64,000 nt of DNA from Pseudomonadota bacterium (GCA_023388955.1 JAEWFH010000025.1:2147-66146); one strand, 5' to 3'. Counted from the stretch's first letter, positions 18,706-28,440 are shown. Translations and numbers: made by a program. The notes: generated by a model not told the origin, from the letters alone.

Positions 18706-19377
18706 TCAGCGTGGCGGGGTGATGATCTCGTAGTTGCCCGACGCGCCACCCCAGCTGATCCGCTGGCTCCCATCGGCATTGACGTTGTTGGAGCCGATGA
18801 ACTTCGGCTGGCCGTTCTCGAAGCCGTGGAACAGGACCACGTGCGACTGGCCGTTCTTCTGCATCAGCACCACGTCGCCGGGCCTGGCGTCTGCCAGCGA
18901 TACCGTCTGCCAGCCCGCGCCCTTGAGGTTGGCGGCGAGGTTGTCGACCGAGGCACTGGCCTGGCCGGGGTCGATCATGCCGGCCTTCTGCAGCACCGCG
19001 GAGACGAAGTTCGCGCAGTTGACGTTGTTGGGGACCCAGCTCTCCATCGGGATGTCGTTGGCATGCTTGAGCTCGCCGGCATTGCGGCCGATCAGGCTTT
19101 CCGCAATCCGGGCCGCGTCCTCGCCGCTGCCCGAGCCCGGCGCGATCGGCCCGGACCCGGTGACCGCCGATGCCTGGCCGGGGCCGCCTCCGCCACCCAC
19201 GCCACCCGCGCTCCCGCCACCGCCCGGGATGGACAGTGTCCCGCCGGCGAAGATCAGGTCCGGGTTGCTGATGTGCGAGTTGGCATCCATCAGGGCGCCG
19301 ACGCTGGTGCCGTACCGCTGGGCGATGTCGGACAGCGTGTCGCCCCAGTTGATGCTGTGGTTGCCGATGGCGGTCAT
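18706..19377 (-). CDS. LysM-domain + NlpC/P60 (CHAP/amidase-like) cysteine hydrolase, no signal peptide
   Basis: LysM (WGDTLSDIAQRYGTSVGALMDANSHISNPDLIFAGGTLSIP), Gly-rich linker, catalytic-type motifs NCANFVSAVL, RPGDVV, SHVVL; SD GGAG upstream of ATG 19377. Confidence 0.85.
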   Translation of the reverse strand: MTAIGNHSINWGDTLSDIAQRYGTSVGALMDANSHISNPDLIFAGGTLSIPGGGGSAGGVGGGGGPGQASAVTGSGPIAPGSGSGEDAARIAESLIGRNAGELKHANDIPMESWVPNNVNCANFVSAVLQKAGMIDPGQASASVDNLAANLKGAGWQTVSLADARPGDVVLMQKNGQSHVVLFHGFENGQPKFIGSNNVNADGSQRISWGGASGNYEIITPPR

Positions 19378-19511
19378 CTTCGTCTCCAACGGGGCTCGCC
19401 CCGGGTGCTGGAACCTGTCCCGCAACGGGACATCCGATGGCTGCAGTCTTCCCGGGCTGCCCCGAGGCGACAACCGGGGCAGACCCTAGATGGGGCCTGC
19501 CCCGGCCGCGG

Positions 19512-20522
19512 TCATTCGTCGTCGTAGATCGCCACGCCGCGGGTCCCGTCGGCGTTGATCCAGCCGCGGTACATGCCGGCGGTGTTGAAGGGCATGGCAA
19601 TGTTGCCCTCCGCGTCGATGGCGATCACCCCGCCATCGCCACCATCCCGCGGAACCACCTCGTGGATCACCGTCCCGGCGGCGTCAGCCAGGCTGTCGCC
19701 GCGATAGGCCACCCGCGCACAGATGTCATGGGCCACGGCGTTGCGGATGAAGAACTCGCCCCAGCCGGTCCCGGACACGCCGCAGCGGTCGTCGGCCCAG
19801 GTCCCGGCGCCGATCACCGGCGAGTCGCCCACCCGCCCCCAGCGCTTGTTGGTCATGCCGCCGGTGCTGGTGGCCGCGGCGATGTGTCCGTGGGAATCCA
19901 GCGCCACCGCGCCGACGGTCCCGTAATAGGTGGACGGCGGGGTTTCGCCGGCCACGGCCTGTCGCTGCGCCCGCTCCAGCTGGCGGCGCCGGTGATCGGT
20001 GTCGAACCAGTCGTTGGCCACCCGCTCGAGCTCGGGGCGGGTGTCGGCGAAGGCTTCGGCGCCCTGGGCGGCCAGCATCACGTGGGGGGAATGCTCCATC
20101 ACCGCGCGCGCCAGCCGGATCGGGTTGCGTACCGTGGTGGCGCCCGCCACGGCGCCGGCGCGGCGGGTATGGCCCTCCATGATCGAGGCGTCCAGTTCGT
20201 GGCCCCCGGCGGCATTGAACACCGCACCGCGGCCGGCGTTGAAGTGCGGCGACTCCTCCAGTACCAGCACCGCGGCCTCGACCGCGTCCATCGCCGTGCC
20301 GCCGCCGGCGAGCACGTTGCCGCCCGCCTCCAGCGCCTGCTGCAGGGCGGCGCGGATCCCCTGCTCGGCCTCCGGTTCCAGCGAACCGCGTTCGATCACC
20401 CCGGCGCCACCGTGGATGACCAGGGCGGTACGCCCCGCCTCCGCGGAGGACGGGTCGCCGGCATGAGCGGAAGCGGTGGCAAGCATCAGCAGCGGCGTGG
20501 CGAACAGGAGGGGAAGTCGCAT
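19512..20522 (-). CDS. Isoaspartyl peptidase/L-asparaginase (Ntn hydrolase, IaaA type) with signal peptide
   Basis: IHGGAG, FNAGRG, ELDASIM, G-TVGAVA autoprocessing site, TSTGG, GRVGDSP, GTGWGEFF. Confidence 0.92.
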   Translation of the reverse strand: MRLPLLFATPLLMLATASAHAGDPSSAEAGRTALVIHGGAGVIERGSLEPEAEQGIRAALQQALEAGGNVLAGGGTAMDAVEAAVLVLEESPHFNAGRGAVFNAAGGHELDASIMEGHTRRAGAVAGATTVRNPIRLARAVMEHSPHVMLAAQGAEAFADTRPELERVANDWFDTDHRRRQLERAQRQAVAGETPPSTYYGTVGAVALDSHGHIAAATSTGGMTNKRWGRVGDSPVIGAGTWADDRCGVSGTGWGEFFIRNAVAHDICARVAYRGDSLADAAGTVIHEVVPRDGGDGGVIAIDAEGNIAMPFNTAGMYRGWINADGTRGVAIYDDE

Positions 20523-20603
20523 GATTGGGCCCGATGGGAGGTTTCCCCGAGCATGGCGCGCACCGGCGGCCGTGTCACCGGCCGTCGGTCATGGCCCTCG
20601 GTG

Positions 20604-21839
20604 CTACTGCTGGCGCAGGGCTTCGATCGGATCCAGCAGCGAAGCCTTGCGCGCCGGGTAGTAACCGAAGAACAACCCGGTGGCGATCGAAAAGCCCGCG
20701 GCCAGCCCCACCACCTGCAGGTCCACCACCACCGGCAGGGCACCAAAGCGCCCGACCAGCAACGCCCCCACCACGCCGATGGCGATCCCCAGTGCGCCGC
20801 CGATCAGCGAGATCAGCATCGCCTCGGCCAGGAACTGCCGGCGGATGTCCGAGGGTCCCGCCCCGACCGCCATGCGCAGGCCGATCTCGCGGATCCGCTC
20901 GGTCACCGAGACCAGCATGATGTTCATGATCCCGATGCCGCCGACCACCAGAGAGATCGTCGCCACCGCCGCCAGCAGCAGTGACATCAGGCGCGTGGTC
21001 TGGGTCCGGGTGGCGACGATCTCGGCGATGTTGCGGACCCGGAAGTCGTCTTCGGCGCCGGGCTGGATGTCGTGGCGCTGGCGCAGCAGGGCCTCGATCT
21101 GTTCCTGCACGTAGCCCAGGTCCTCCGCCCGCGTCACCCCCACCGCGATCTGCTGCACCGCGCCGGGAGGAAGGCCCATCGCCCCCATCAACCGGCGCCG
21201 CGCGGTTTCCAGCGGGACCAGGATCACGTCGTCCTGGTCCTGCCCCCAGCCGCCCTGCCCCTTGGACTCCAGCACCCCGACCACGGTGAACGGCACCCGC
21301 CCCAGCCGGATCGACTGGCCGGTAGGGTCCTGGTCGCCGAACAGCTCGCGGCGCACGGTCTCGCCCAGGATCACCGGCTTGGTGGAGCCGCCGTAATCGC
21401 GCGGCCCGAAGCCCTCGCCCATCGACAGCCCCCAGCTTTCCAGCTCGAACCAGTCCGGCTGCACGCCATACCAGCTCGCCGACCAGTTGTTCTCGGCGAA
21501 CACCACCTGGGTATTGCCACGCAGGACGCCACCGACGTACTGCACCTCCGGGATCTCCTCGCGGATCGCCTCGGCATCGCGCACGTCCAGGGTGTAGAAG
21601 CTGCTCGCGCTCATGCGCACCCCGCCGGCCGCGCGGCGGGTGTTGGGGCTGATGTCGAGCCGGTTCGAGCCCAGCCCGGACACCAGCTTGTCGATCTCCG
21701 ACTGGGTGCCCTGCCCGACCGAGACCATCACGATCACCGCGGCGATGCCGATGATCACCCCCAGCGAGGTCAGCGCGCTGCGCAGCCAGTTGCCGCGCAG
21801 GGCGAAGGCCGCCGTTCGCAGCACCTCCATGAAATTCAT
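20604..21839 (-). CDS. MacB-like ABC transporter permease
   Basis: LRSALTSLGVIIG, SLVVGGIGIMNIMLVSVTERIREIG, FFGYYPARKA..LDPIEALR. Confidence 0.93.
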   Translation of the reverse strand: MNFMEVLRTAAFALRGNWLRSALTSLGVIIGIAAVIVMVSVGQGTQSEIDKLVSGLGSNRLDISPNTRRAAGGVRMSASSFYTLDVRDAEAIREEIPEVQYVGGVLRGNTQVVFAENNWSASWYGVQPDWFELESWGLSMGEGFGPRDYGGSTKPVILGETVRRELFGDQDPTGQSIRLGRVPFTVVGVLESKGQGGWGQDQDDVILVPLETARRRLMGAMGLPPGAVQQIAVGVTRAEDLGYVQEQIEALLRQRHDIQPGAEDDFRVRNIAEIVATRTQTTRLMSLLLAAVATISLVVGGIGIMNIMLVSVTERIREIGLRMAVGAGPSDIRRQFLAEAMLISLIGGALGIAIGVVGALLVGRFGALPVVVDLQVVGLAAGFSIATGLFFGYYPARKASLLDPIEALRQQ

Positions 21840-22558
21840 GCCGGCTCCTCCTGCAGGTGCAGTTCGCCGTCGTGCATGACGTAGGTGCGGTCGGCGTGGG
21901 CGGCGACCTCCGCATCGTGGGTGATCAGCACCACCGTGTGGCCGTCGTCGCGCAGCTGCTTGAACAGGGCCAGGATCTCCTCGCCGGTGCGGCTGTCGAG
22001 CGCACCGGTGGGTTCGTCGGCCAGCAACACCGGCGGACGGTTGATCAGCGCCCGGGCGATCGCCACGCGCTGCTGCTGGCCACCGGACAGTTCACTGGGA
22101 CGGTGCGATTCGCGGTTGGCCAGGCCGACCGCGGCCAGCGCTTCGTGGGCGCGCGCGGACCGCTCCGCCGCCGGCACCCCGGCGTAGGCCATCGGCATGG
22201 CGACGTTCTCCAGCGCGGTCATCCGCGGCAGCAGGTTGAAGCCCTGGAACACGAAGCCGATCTTGTCCCGCCGCAACACGGCCAGTTCCTCGGCATCGAG
22301 CGTGGACACGTCCACTCCATCGCAGTGGTAGCGGCCGCCGGTCGGGGTGTCGAGGCAGCCGAGCATGTTCATCAGCGTCGACTTGCCCGAACCCGACGGC
22401 CCCATGATGGCGACGAACTCGCCATGCCCGATCTCGAGCTCGACCCCGCGCAGGGCGATGACCTCGGCCTCGGTGCCCGGAGCGTAGACGCGGGTCAGCC
22501 CTTCGGTATGGATGACCGGCGGACGCGCCGCCGGTGCCGCTGCCGGCTCGACCGTCAT
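21836..22558 (-). CDS. ABC transporter ATP-binding protein (LolD/MacB-like)
   Basis: [28 protein letters not shown]. Confidence 0.95.
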   Translation of the reverse strand: MTVEPAAAPAARPPVIHTEGLTRVYAPGTEAEVIALRGVELEIGHGEFVAIMGPSGSGKSTLMNMLGCLDTPTGGRYHCDGVDVSTLDAEELAVLRRDKIGFVFQGFNLLPRMTALENVAMPMAYAGVPAAERSARAHEALAAVGLANRESHRPSELSGGQQQRVAIARALINRPPVLLADEPTGALDSRTGEEILALFKQLRDDGHTVVLITHDAEVAAHADRTYVMHDGELHLQEEPA

Positions 22559-24060
22559 GGGGCCGGGCGCTCCATGCCGACCACCACCTGGTCGCCGTCC
22601 TCCAGCGCACCGGACACCTCGGTCCAGCTGCCGTCGCTGGCCCCCACGCGCACCATCACCGCACGCACCGCGCCGCCGTCCAGCAGGTAGAGCGGGGCGC
22701 GGGGCGCGCCCACGAGGGCGGCCAGGCCGCGATCCCAGCGCTGCTGCCGGTCCGGATCCAGCGTCTCGCGGAAGCCGGCGAACTGCACCGCCATGCGCTC
22801 ACCCGCGCGCTGGCGCATCGCCGCCACCATTTTCGGACCGGGACCACCGCCACCGTTCGCCGGCCGCGGCGCACCACCGGTCGCCGGCCGGTTGGCAGCG
22901 CGCTGGGCCGCCTGGGCGCGCATGTCGGCCAGTGCCTCGTCCAGCGCCGCCTGCTGGGTGGCGTCCAGGTCCAGCCCCTCGCCCAGCGCCGCGATGTCCG
23001 CATCCAGCCCTGCGCCACCACCGCGCGCCGGAGGCGCGATGCCGGCATCGTCGGAGGGCTTGTAGCGCAGCGCGGCGTTGGGCACGCGCAGCACCCCGTC
23101 GCGGCGGCTGACCTCGATCTCGGCGTTGGCGGTCATCCCCGGCAGCAGCACCTGGTCGGAGTTGTCCACCGCCACCACCACCGGGTAGGTGATCACGTTG
23201 TTGGTGTTGGTCGCCGACAGCCGGACCTGCTGCACCTCGCCGCGGAAGCGCCGGTCGGGAAACGCGTCGACGGTGAAGGAAACGCCCTGCCCGGGTTCGA
23301 CCTGGCCGATGTCGGCCTCGTCGATCGCCAGTTCGATCTCCATCTTCGACAGGTCCTCGGCGATCTGGAACAGCACCGGTGCCTGCAGGCTGGCGGCGAC
23401 GGTCTGGCCCGGCTCGACCGTCCGGGTCAGCACCACGCCGTCGACGGGCGAGCGGATCTCGGTGCGCTCCAGGTTCAGGCGCGAGGTCTGGGTGGAGGCC
23501 TGCTGCTGGCGGATCTGCGCGCGCGCCGACTCGACCTGGGCCCGCGCCTGGTCCAGCGCGGCCCGCGCCAGGTCCAGGTCGCTGGCGGCGATCAGCTGCG
23601 TTTCCGCCAGTCCGGCCTTGCGCCGGTGGTCCGCCTCGGCGTTGCGCAGGCTCGCCTCCGCGTTGGCCAGGCTGGCCCGGGCGGCGTTGGCCGAAGCATT
23701 GCCCTGCTCGATCTGCGCCAGATAGGTGCTCGGGTCGATGCGGGCGATCACCTGCCCCTCTCGCACCTGGTCATTGAAGTCGGCCAGTACCTCGGTGACC
23801 AGGCCGGAGATCTGGCTGCCGACGTCGACGGTGGAGATCGCCCGGAGCGCACCGGTGGCCGAGATCGCGACGCGGATGTCCCCGCGCTCCACGGTGGCGG
23901 TGCGGTAGCCGCTGCCCGCTTCGGCACCGCGCCCCCCCTGCCACCACCAGGCGGCGGCAAGCAACGCCAGCAGCGCCGCGACGGGGAAGAGGACCCGGGG
24001 ACGGTTCCAGCGGGTACGACGCGCGCCCTTGCCGGCGTGCGGACGGGGAGGAGTTGCCAT
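22555..24060 (-). CDS. MacA-like periplasmic adaptor (membrane fusion protein)
   Basis: N-terminal TM, VDVGSQISG, coiled hairpin, IRSPVDGVV, GQTVAASL, LLPGMTAN. Confidence 0.92.
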   Translation of the reverse strand: MATPPRPHAGKGARRTRWNRPRVLFPVAALLALLAAAWWWQGGRGAEAGSGYRTATVERGDIRVAISATGALRAISTVDVGSQISGLVTEVLADFNDQVREGQVIARIDPSTYLAQIEQGNASANAARASLANAEASLRNAEADHRRKAGLAETQLIAASDLDLARAALDQARAQVESARAQIRQQQASTQTSRLNLERTEIRSPVDGVVLTRTVEPGQTVAASLQAPVLFQIAEDLSKMEIELAIDEADIGQVEPGQGVSFTVDAFPDRRFRGEVQQVRLSATNTNNVITYPVVVAVDNSDQVLLPGMTANAEIEVSRRDGVLRVPNAALRYKPSDDAGIAPPARGGGAGLDADIAALGEGLDLDATQQAALDEALADMRAQAAQRAANRPATGGAPRPANGGGGPGPKMVAAMRQRAGERMAVQFAGFRETLDPDRQQRWDRGLAALVGAPRAPLYLLDGGAVRAVMVRVGASDGSWTEVSGALEDGDQVVVGMERPAP

Positions 24061-24131
24061 GCAGGTCTCGGAAGGAGGACTGCCTGCATGAACGCGCGGT
24101 GGCGCGGTTGGTTGACTCCGCCCCCCGCCCT

Positions 24132-25418
24132 TCAGCCGGTGAAGCGGATCGTCGCCACCGTGCCATCGCCGGGCAGGCTCTCCAGGGTCACCGGCCAGCC
24201 CAGCCGCTCGCCCAGCCGGCGTGCGATCGACAGGCCCATGCCGGCACTCTGCTCGCGGTTCATGTCGGCACGCCAGAACGGCTTGAACGCGTTGTCCAGC
24301 GCCTCCGGATCCATGCCGATGCCGGTGTCGCGCACCTCGACCCGGTCCCCGAACAGGTGCACCTCCACCCTGCCCCGCTCGGTGAACTTGACCGCGTTGC
24401 TGACCAGGTTGCCGAGCATGACCGCCAGCACGTGGGCAGGGCCGAACAGCGTGGTCGCGCCATGGTCCACCAGCGCGATCTCCACCGGCCTGCCCGCCAC
24501 CTGCGGGCGGGCGCGCTCCACCTGCTCGGCGGCCACCTCGATGACGTCGAACTCCGTGCTCTGCGGGGCGTTCCCCGCTTCCCGGGCAAGGATCAGGAAC
24601 GCGTCGATCACCGCCTCCATGTCGCGCCCGGCGCGCTGGATCCTCGCCAGCGAGCGCTGGGTGCGGGCGGGTGTTTCCGGGTCGGCGATCATCATGTCGG
24701 TCGCGACCCGGATCACGGTCAGCGGGGTGCGCAGCTCATGGCTGGCGTCGCGGGTGAAGTCACGCTCGCGCTCTACGAAGTCGCCGACCCGTTCGGCCAG
24801 GCCGACCAGCGCCCGCGACAGCTGGTGCACCTCCGCACCGGCGTCGCCGGGAAGGTTGTTGGAGCGGATCGCATCGGTATCGGGGTGGCGCGGGTCCCAG
24901 CGCGAGACCACCCGCGACAGCCAGCTCACCGGCAGCACCATCCGCTTGGAGGTGCGGTAGGTCAGCCAGGTCATCAGGTACGTGGCGGCGAGCGAGAGTA
25001 GCAGCGAGGCCAGGCCGGTCCACAGGATCGCCCGGTCGATGTGGCCGGCCTCGAAGGCCAGGTACAGCGTGCCGGCCGCCCGCCGGTCGACCAGCACGTC
25101 CTGGGTCACCCCGGGCCGGCCGTCGATCCGGACCCGGTGCCGCCCCGGCGCCAGCGAGCGCAGCGGCTCCGGCAGCCCGACCTGTGCGCCGGCGGGCACG
25201 AAGTAACCGGAAAAGGTGCTGGTATGGGGCAGCTCGGAGGCGGCAGCGCCTGCCTGCGCCGCCCACCACAGGTCCGCCTCGCGGTGCAGGCGCTCGTCGA
25301 GGACGAACCCGCGCACCGCGATGCCGGCCAGCAGGATGCCGATGGTGATCAGCACGCTGGCCACCGCGGCCTGCGCCACGAACGCCAGCTTGATCCGGCG
25401 CGGGAGACCCGGTGACAT
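24132..25418 (-). CDS. Sensor histidine kinase (ColS/VgrS-like)
   Basis: Two TMs, H-box FTRDASHELRTPL, NLVSNAVKFT, DTGIGM, GMGLSI. Confidence 0.92.
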   Translation of the reverse strand: MSPGLPRRIKLAFVAQAAVASVLITIGILLAGIAVRGFVLDERLHREADLWWAAQAGAAASELPHTSTFSGYFVPAGAQVGLPEPLRSLAPGRHRVRIDGRPGVTQDVLVDRRAAGTLYLAFEAGHIDRAILWTGLASLLLSLAATYLMTWLTYRTSKRMVLPVSWLSRVVSRWDPRHPDTDAIRSNNLPGDAGAEVHQLSRALVGLAERVGDFVERERDFTRDASHELRTPLTVIRVATDMMIADPETPARTQRSLARIQRAGRDMEAVIDAFLILAREAGNAPQSTEFDVIEVAAEQVERARPQVAGRPVEIALVDHGATTLFGPAHVLAVMLGNLVSNAVKFTERGRVEVHLFGDRVEVRDTGIGMDPEALDNAFKPFWRADMNREQSAGMGLSIARRLGERLGWPVTLESLPGDGTVATIRFTG

Positions 25419-25435
25419 CGACTACCGCCCCCGGG

Positions 25436-26146
25436 TCACTCGGGCGGCTGGCTGATGTCTGCGATCCGGTAGCCGGCCGACTGCACGGTGTGCAGCAACT
25501 GCTTGTCGAAAGGCTTGTCGATGGTCTTGCGCAGGTTGTAGAGGTGGCTGCGCAGGGTGTCGGAGTCGGGCAGCCCGTTGCCCCAGATCTCGCGTTCGAT
25601 CTCCTGCCGGCTCACCACCCGCGGCGATTCGCGCATCAGGATGGTCAGCAGGCGCAGGCCGATCGGCGAGAGCTGCAGCTCGGCGCCGCCACGGGTGACC
25701 CGCAGGCTGGCCGGGTCGAGCACCAGGTCGGCGACCTTCAGCACCTCGCCACCCACCTGACGGCGCTCGCGTCGGATCAGCGCACGCAGCCGGGCCTCCA
25801 GCTCCTGCACCGCGAACGGCTTGGTGAGGTAGTCGTCGGCACCGGCGGACAGGCCGGTGAGCTTCTCGTCGAGCGTATCGCGCGCGGTCAGCATCAGCAC
25901 CGGCGTGGACTTGCGTGCCTCCTCGCGCAGGCGCTTGCAGACCTCCACCCCGTCCAGGCGCGGGAGCATGAGGTCGAGCACGATCACGTCGTAGCTGTTT
26001 TCCGCGGCCAGGCGGTACCCGTCCAGGCCGTCGGCGGCGTAGTCGATCTCGAAGCCACGGCTTTCGAGGTACTCGCCCATCATCTCGGAAATGTTGCGGT
26101 TGTCCTCGATCAGGAGGACCAGGCCACCGTCCCGGTTCGACTGCAT
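25436..26146 (-). CDS. OmpR-family response regulator (ColR/VgrR-like)
   Basis: IEDN, VLDLMLP, MLTARD, GADDYLTKPF, winged helix SDTLRSHLYNLRK; resembles the xanthomonad ColR/VgrR regulator. Confidence 0.92.
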   Translation of the reverse strand: MQSNRDGGLVLLIEDNRNISEMMGEYLESRGFEIDYAADGLDGYRLAAENSYDVIVLDLMLPRLDGVEVCKRLREEARKSTPVLMLTARDTLDEKLTGLSAGADDYLTKPFAVQELEARLRALIRRERRQVGGEVLKVADLVLDPASLRVTRGGAELQLSPIGLRLLTILMRESPRVVSRQEIEREIWGNGLPDSDTLRSHLYNLRKTIDKPFDKQLLHTVQSAGYRIADISQPPE

Positions 26147-26160
26147 TGAAGTGCTCTCCA

Positions 26161-26219
26161 CCTTCAGTTTTGTGAAGGCTGCAGGGATGCGAGTCTAGGG
26201 CGCGTGAAGGATTTCACGC
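26161..26219 (-). promoter_or_regulatory. Promoter of the response regulator with two TTCA(C)/(G)TGAA palindromes
   Basis: CCTTCA-N6-TGAAGG (26161-26178) and GCGTGAA-N4-TTCACGC (26202-26219) flank a minus-strand TAGACT -10-like hexamer (26193-26198). Confidence 0.5.
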
Positions 26220-26249
26220 CGTGCATCCGCACCGCTTACATGCGGCGGG

Positions 26250-27071
26250 CTATTCCTTTTCGTTTCGCTTGACCCGCTGCCACAGGGCTTCCTGCTCCGG
26301 GAGCGTCCGTGCGTCCAGCGGCACGCCCTCGGCGGCGGCGCAGGCTTCCATCGCCCGGAAGCGGCGCTCGAACTTCAGGTTCGCCCGCCGCAGTGCGTTC
26401 CCGGGGTCGACGCCGGCGTGGCGGGCCAGGTTGCAGGCCACGAACAACAGGTCGCCCAGTTCCTCCTCAAGCCGGGCGCGGGCGGCGGGGCTGCCGGCGT
26501 CGGGCGCGTCGAATTCCGCCCGTACCTCGGCCACTTCCTCGTCCAGCTTGTCGAACACCGGCGCCGGGCCGGGCCAGTCGAAGCCCGTCCGCGCGGCGCG
26601 CTTCTGCAGCTTCAATGCCCGCTGCCACTCCGGAAGTCCACGGGCGATGCCGGCCAGCGCGGAGGTATCGCGGTCGCCGGCGGCCTCGCGCTCGCGGCGC
26701 TTGATCTCGTCCCATTGGCCCGGGCTGCCGTCTCCGGGTGCGCCGGCGAACACATGGGGATGGCGGCGGACCATCTTGTCGGCGATCGCGGCGGCCACGT
26801 CGCCGAAGTCGAACAGTCCCTGCTCCTGCGCCATGCGCGAATGGAACGCCACCTGCAACAGCAGGTCGCCGAGCTCCTCCTTCAACCCGGCCAGGTCGCC
26901 ACGGTCGATCGCATCGGCGACCTCGTAGGCCTCCTCGATCGTGTAGGGGGCGATGCTGGCGAAGTCCTGTTCCAGGTCCCACGGGCAGCCGCCGTCGGGA
27001 TCCCGAAGCGCGGCCATGACCGCCAGCAGGCGCTCCAGGCCGGAACCTTCGGGAGGGGTCTTGCCGCCCAT
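26250..27071 (-). CDS. mazG: Nucleoside triphosphate pyrophosphohydrolase MazG
   Basis: LRDPDGGCPWD, EEAYEV, EELGDLLLQV, RRHPHVF, GFDW, EELGDLLF, KFERRF. Confidence 0.95.
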   Translation of the reverse strand: MGGKTPPEGSGLERLLAVMAALRDPDGGCPWDLEQDFASIAPYTIEEAYEVADAIDRGDLAGLKEELGDLLLQVAFHSRMAQEQGLFDFGDVAAAIADKMVRRHPHVFAGAPGDGSPGQWDEIKRREREAAGDRDTSALAGIARGLPEWQRALKLQKRAARTGFDWPGPAPVFDKLDEEVAEVRAEFDAPDAGSPAARARLEEELGDLLFVACNLARHAGVDPGNALRRANLKFERRFRAMEACAAAEGVPLDARTLPEQEALWQRVKRNEKE

Positions 27072-27077
27072 GCGCAC

Positions 27078-27887
27078 TCAGCCTTCGCCAGCCAGGCCGG
27101 CCCAGCGGCGCCAGGGCAGCGAAGGGTCACCCAGCGCGATGAACCCGCCGTTGAGCAGCGTGTCGCGGCAGTTGTAGCGGAACGGCCGGCCCTGCCAGTC
27201 GCTCACCTGCCCGCCCGCACCCTCGACCACCGCCTGCGCGGCCGCGGTGTCCCACTCGCTGGTGGGGCCGAAGCGCGGGTAGCAATCCAGCCCGCCCTCG
27301 GCGAGCAGGCAGAATTTGAGCGAGGAACCCAGCCCGATCGCCTCGGTCTCGCCCATGCGCGCGATGAAGTCGACGGCCTCCCGGGTCCGGTGCGAGCGGC
27401 TGGCGGCGACCCGCAGCGGGGCACTGGCCGGCTCCCGGATCCGCACCGGACGCTCGCCCCCGGCATCCCGGCGCCACGCCCCCAGGCCGGGCCCGCCATG
27501 CCAGGTGGCCCCGGTCACCGGCGCCTGCACCACGCCGTAGCGGACCACGCAGTCCTGGATATAGGCGATGTTGACGGTGAACTCGCCGTTGCGCTTGACG
27601 AACTCGCGGGTGCCATCGAGCGGATCGACCAGCCACAGGCGGTCCCAGTCCCGGCGCCGGGCGATGTGGGCCTCGGACGATTCCTCCGACAGCACCGGGA
27701 TGTCCGGGGTCAGGCGTGCCAGCCCGTCGACGATGCAGCGGTGCGCGGCAAGGTCGGCCGCGGTAACCGGCGAGTCGTCGGCCTTCTGCGACACGTCGAA
27801 GTCGCGCCCGTATACCTCCAGGATCGCGGCCGCCGCGGCATTGGCGACGGCGATCACTCCCTCGCGCAGGTCCTGGTCCAGTTCCAT
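27078..27887 (-). CDS. cysQ: 3'(2'),5'-bisphosphate nucleotidase CysQ
   Basis: KADDSPVTAAD, LSEE, WLVDPLDGTREF, ASRSH, GSSLKFC, EWDTAA. Confidence 0.95.
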   Translation of the reverse strand: MELDQDLREGVIAVANAAAAAILEVYGRDFDVSQKADDSPVTAADLAAHRCIVDGLARLTPDIPVLSEESSEAHIARRRDWDRLWLVDPLDGTREFVKRNGEFTVNIAYIQDCVVRYGVVQAPVTGATWHGGPGLGAWRRDAGGERPVRIREPASAPLRVAASRSHRTREAVDFIARMGETEAIGLGSSLKFCLLAEGGLDCYPRFGPTSEWDTAAAQAVVEGAGGQVSDWQGRPFRYNCRDTLLNGGFIALGDPSLPWRRWAGLAGEG

Positions 27888-27888
27888 C

Positions 27889-28440
27889 TCAGCCGCCGTG
27901 GTGGCGCAGCCATTCGCGCGCCATGAACAGCGCCGCGATGCTGCGGCCCTCGGAGAAATCCTCCCGCAGGACCAGCTCGTGCAGGGCATCGAGCTTCCAG
28001 GGCACCAGCTCCAGCGGTTCGGGTTCGTCGCCCGGCAGGCGCTCGGGATACAGGTCGCGGGCAATCACCATGTGCGCGCTGTGGCTCATGTAGGTCGGTG
28101 CAAGCGTCAGCTGCCGGACGTCGACCAGCTCGCGGGCACCGTAGCCGGCCTCCTCCTTGAGCTCGCGGTTGGCCGCCTCCAGCGCGCCCTCGCCGGCATC
28201 GATCCGGCCCTTGACGAGGCCCAGCTCGTAACGGTGCATGCCGGCCGCGTACTCGCGCACCAGCAGCACCGTCTCCGGGTCCAGCACCGGCACCACGATG
28301 ACCGCACCGTGCCCGCGGCTGTGCAGGCGCTGGAAACGGCGCCGCTCGCCATTGGAGAACTCCAGGTCGAGGTGCTCGAGCCGGTACGGACCGGCGTCCT
28401 CGACCGTGGTGCCGTGGATGGTGGGCAGCCGGCGACTCAC
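27889..28440 (-). CDS. nudE: ADP compounds hydrolase NudE
   Basis: LDLEFSNG, VREYAAG, Nudix box KGRIDAGE...ANRELKEEAGY, LPGDEPE, SEGRSIAAL; GTG start with AAAGGAG upstream. Confidence 0.92.
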   Translation of the reverse strand: MSRRLPTIHGTTVEDAGPYRLEHLDLEFSNGERRRFQRLHSRGHGAVIVVPVLDPETVLLVREYAAGMHRYELGLVKGRIDAGEGALEAANRELKEEAGYGARELVDVRQLTLAPTYMSHSAHMVIARDLYPERLPGDEPEPLELVPWKLDALHELVLREDFSEGRSIAALFMAREWLRHHGG

